Assembly: GCA_037447605.1 (NCBI GenBank)
Contig: CM074805.1
Location: forward strand, 4,559,361 to 4,623,360
Origin: Zygnema circumcarinatum SAG 698-1b
Taxonomy: Eukaryota > Plantae > Zygnematophyceae
Reading direction: 5' to 3'
Length of the DNA stretch: 64,000 bases
Part shown: piece after piece, positions 62,198 through 64,000 of the stretch
Numbering within the stretch: the first letter of the stretch is position 1
Layout: each line of letters starts with the position of its first letter
Notes under the pieces: generated by a model
What the model was told of the DNA's origin: nothing
Seen by the model: only the letters and a program-made list of their open reading frames with translations
The model's database searches: none
Translations under genes and position numbers: made by a program

Positions 62198-63765
62198 TTA
62201 CCACCACATTCTCATAGGCTTGTCACGGATCCACTTTGTGGCCACCCATTTTTGCCCTCTAACAACGGGGCAGCTCCCGTGCAGTGAGGACTGTCTCCCC
62301 ATCCAAAAAGTTAACCAATGACACATTCAGTTTCAGTTCCAGTTTCGGTTCAGTTACCCTTTCAAAATAGTCGAGAGTAAATGAAGCAGTCAAGGAAGGA
62401 AATGGGAGGGAGACTGCAGATAAGTGGTCTGTCTGAGACTGGCAAACCCTAAATACCCTATCACACTACATAAAGCATAGTTCAAAATTCCATTACAGAG
62501 TGTTGCAATCCTGAGTTCCATGCACTCACTTTGTCGATAGTTCCGTTGGGATACACGGACCAGAATAGTAAGCCATCCCCTTGCCTTGGCTTCACTGTGA
62601 GGCCTATGCAACTTTTGTAGTCATAGCCAATGTTCATATTTTTGAATCCCTGGGGGAAGAAAGGGTAAAGGGCATCAAAAGCAGTTAGTTAGGAGAGTTC
62701 CACAGGTTGAGTCGCACTCTATCTGACCATAGAACCTTCAAACCCTAACAGAATCTGAACCCAAGAGAGTGTGCTAAGCAGGATATGGCATTCTCGGTTT
62801 TCCTTTAAATACTTGAACAGTGGGCCAATACCTCGTAAGGGAACATAGTCTCTCCTCCCTCCTCGACATCTGAAAGGTATAAAAGGAAGGAAGCAATCTG
62901 AAACCACTCAGAGTTGCCCCGTGTCAGAAAAAATCAGCAGCAAACATAAATAAAACCTAAGAAGCAAATTCTCTCTCTACAGGGCCTCCATCTCTGTCTC
63001 TAAATTATCCAAAATCTCAAAGACTGTTCAATGGCTGCCGAGTGTTTCAAAAACGTGCCACGTGTCACATACCCGTTGGCTGCTTTGCGGGCCGTACTCC
63101 TCTGGGCTAAATGTGTCGTAATGTGAATCGTATTTTTGACCAATTTCATAACGTAGAACATTGTAGGCCTGAATGAGGTCCCCCCAGATCAACCCATTTA
63201 TCTCAAGCTCTATGGAAAAAAAGCGAGAAAAAAGGGGTCCTGCAGAGGCTCATGCTTTGATTCCGCTTCAGAAAAGAAAGGTTGCTAAACTTCAAGCATG
63301 GTACAAATTTCAAAAAAAAAAACAAGTGAAGTGATTGTTTCAAATGTCACGTTAGTCTCAATCCTAGCCAATCAAGCCAAGGTGTAATAGGTCTAATGAA
63401 CGAGGCAAACCAAAGACCTAAAGGAAAAAAAAAAAAAAAAAACTCAGAACTCAGAAGAATTTCTTTACTCTATTCATAGTCAGGTGCGTAACGGCTGAAA
63501 TTTGCAGCACGTTTTTAACGTTAGCTGACCCTTTAGTTCATAATTTCACATGGCCCTATATGATAAGCACTCCGCACTCCTCTCAGAAAGTCTTTCCTAA
63601 AAATGTGCCAATTCGTGCTCAATCTCTATTGGTCCTCTCCCCCTCCTCTCCCTCTGTCTCACCTCTCCATGCGAGACAGGCACCATTGTGATTTTGGCTA
63701 TCTTTTGTTCGACCCATCCAAGGGCACCATCGGAATCCTCGTAAGAACTCAAGAAGGTGCCTGAG
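62198..63765 (-). CDS. P4H1: Prolyl 4-hydroxylase, P4H1-like (last five exons; 5' exons not found in the window)
   Basis: Exons 63663-63765 ([34 protein letters not shown]), 63073-63168 ([32 protein letters not shown]), 62832-62897 ([22 protein letters not shown]), 62530-62649 (..[27 protein letters not shown]), 62198-62290 ([30 protein letters not shown]). GT-AG and in frame; Fe ligands H-x-D and H and the 2OG-binding K are present; closely resembles Arabidopsis P4H1 as I recall it. Confidence 0.93.
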
Positions 63766-64000
63766 CTGCACACTCCATCCCATGACTGAAAAGTTAGTCA
63801 TCATTCAGACTCCAAAGACCGCCTTCAGGCAAATCAAAGATCTCACATATTGCGTGATGAATAGTAAGTAGCACAATCTCCTAGACAGCTTTCAACCTCA
63901 GAGGTTCAGCATACTCATTCAGAGTTTAGATTCCTTCAAGACTTCCCCCCCACCCCTCCCTCCCTTCTTCTCTCCCTCCCTCCCTCCCTCCCTCCTGTCC

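Overview
Eukaryotic genomic scaffold with spliceosomal GT-AG introns and several N gaps. The gene content suggests the green lineage, probably a streptophyte alga (inference). There are two host genes, both on the minus strand. The first is a 28-exon gene (4192-17686, about 1604 aa) that I reconstructed exon by exon in frame. It encodes a secreted plant-type subtilase (signal peptide, I9, S8 with intact D/H/N/S, PA, Fn3-like) that continues without a stop into three tandem nidogen-like NIDO domains, separated by Ser-Pro extensin-like linkers. The second is the last five exons of a P4H1-like prolyl 4-hydroxylase (62198-63765). The roughly 44 kb between them is almost all nested transposons with resolvable target-site duplications (TSDs). 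Nest 1 is a CRE/NeSL-like LINE holding chromovirus A, which holds chromovirus B, two solo LTRs and a MITE. Nest 2 is a pogo-like DNA transposon with an OTU-like protease ORF, holding gypsy C and chromovirus D. The best leads are the subtilase-3xNIDO architecture, the OTU-pogo association, a covarying -1 frameshift signal, and a possible degenerate adenine-MTase domain at the start of chromovirus Pol. Caveat: several TE segments are riddled with 1-bp indels that look like uncorrected long-read gap fill, so frameshifts and LTR divergence there may be artefacts.
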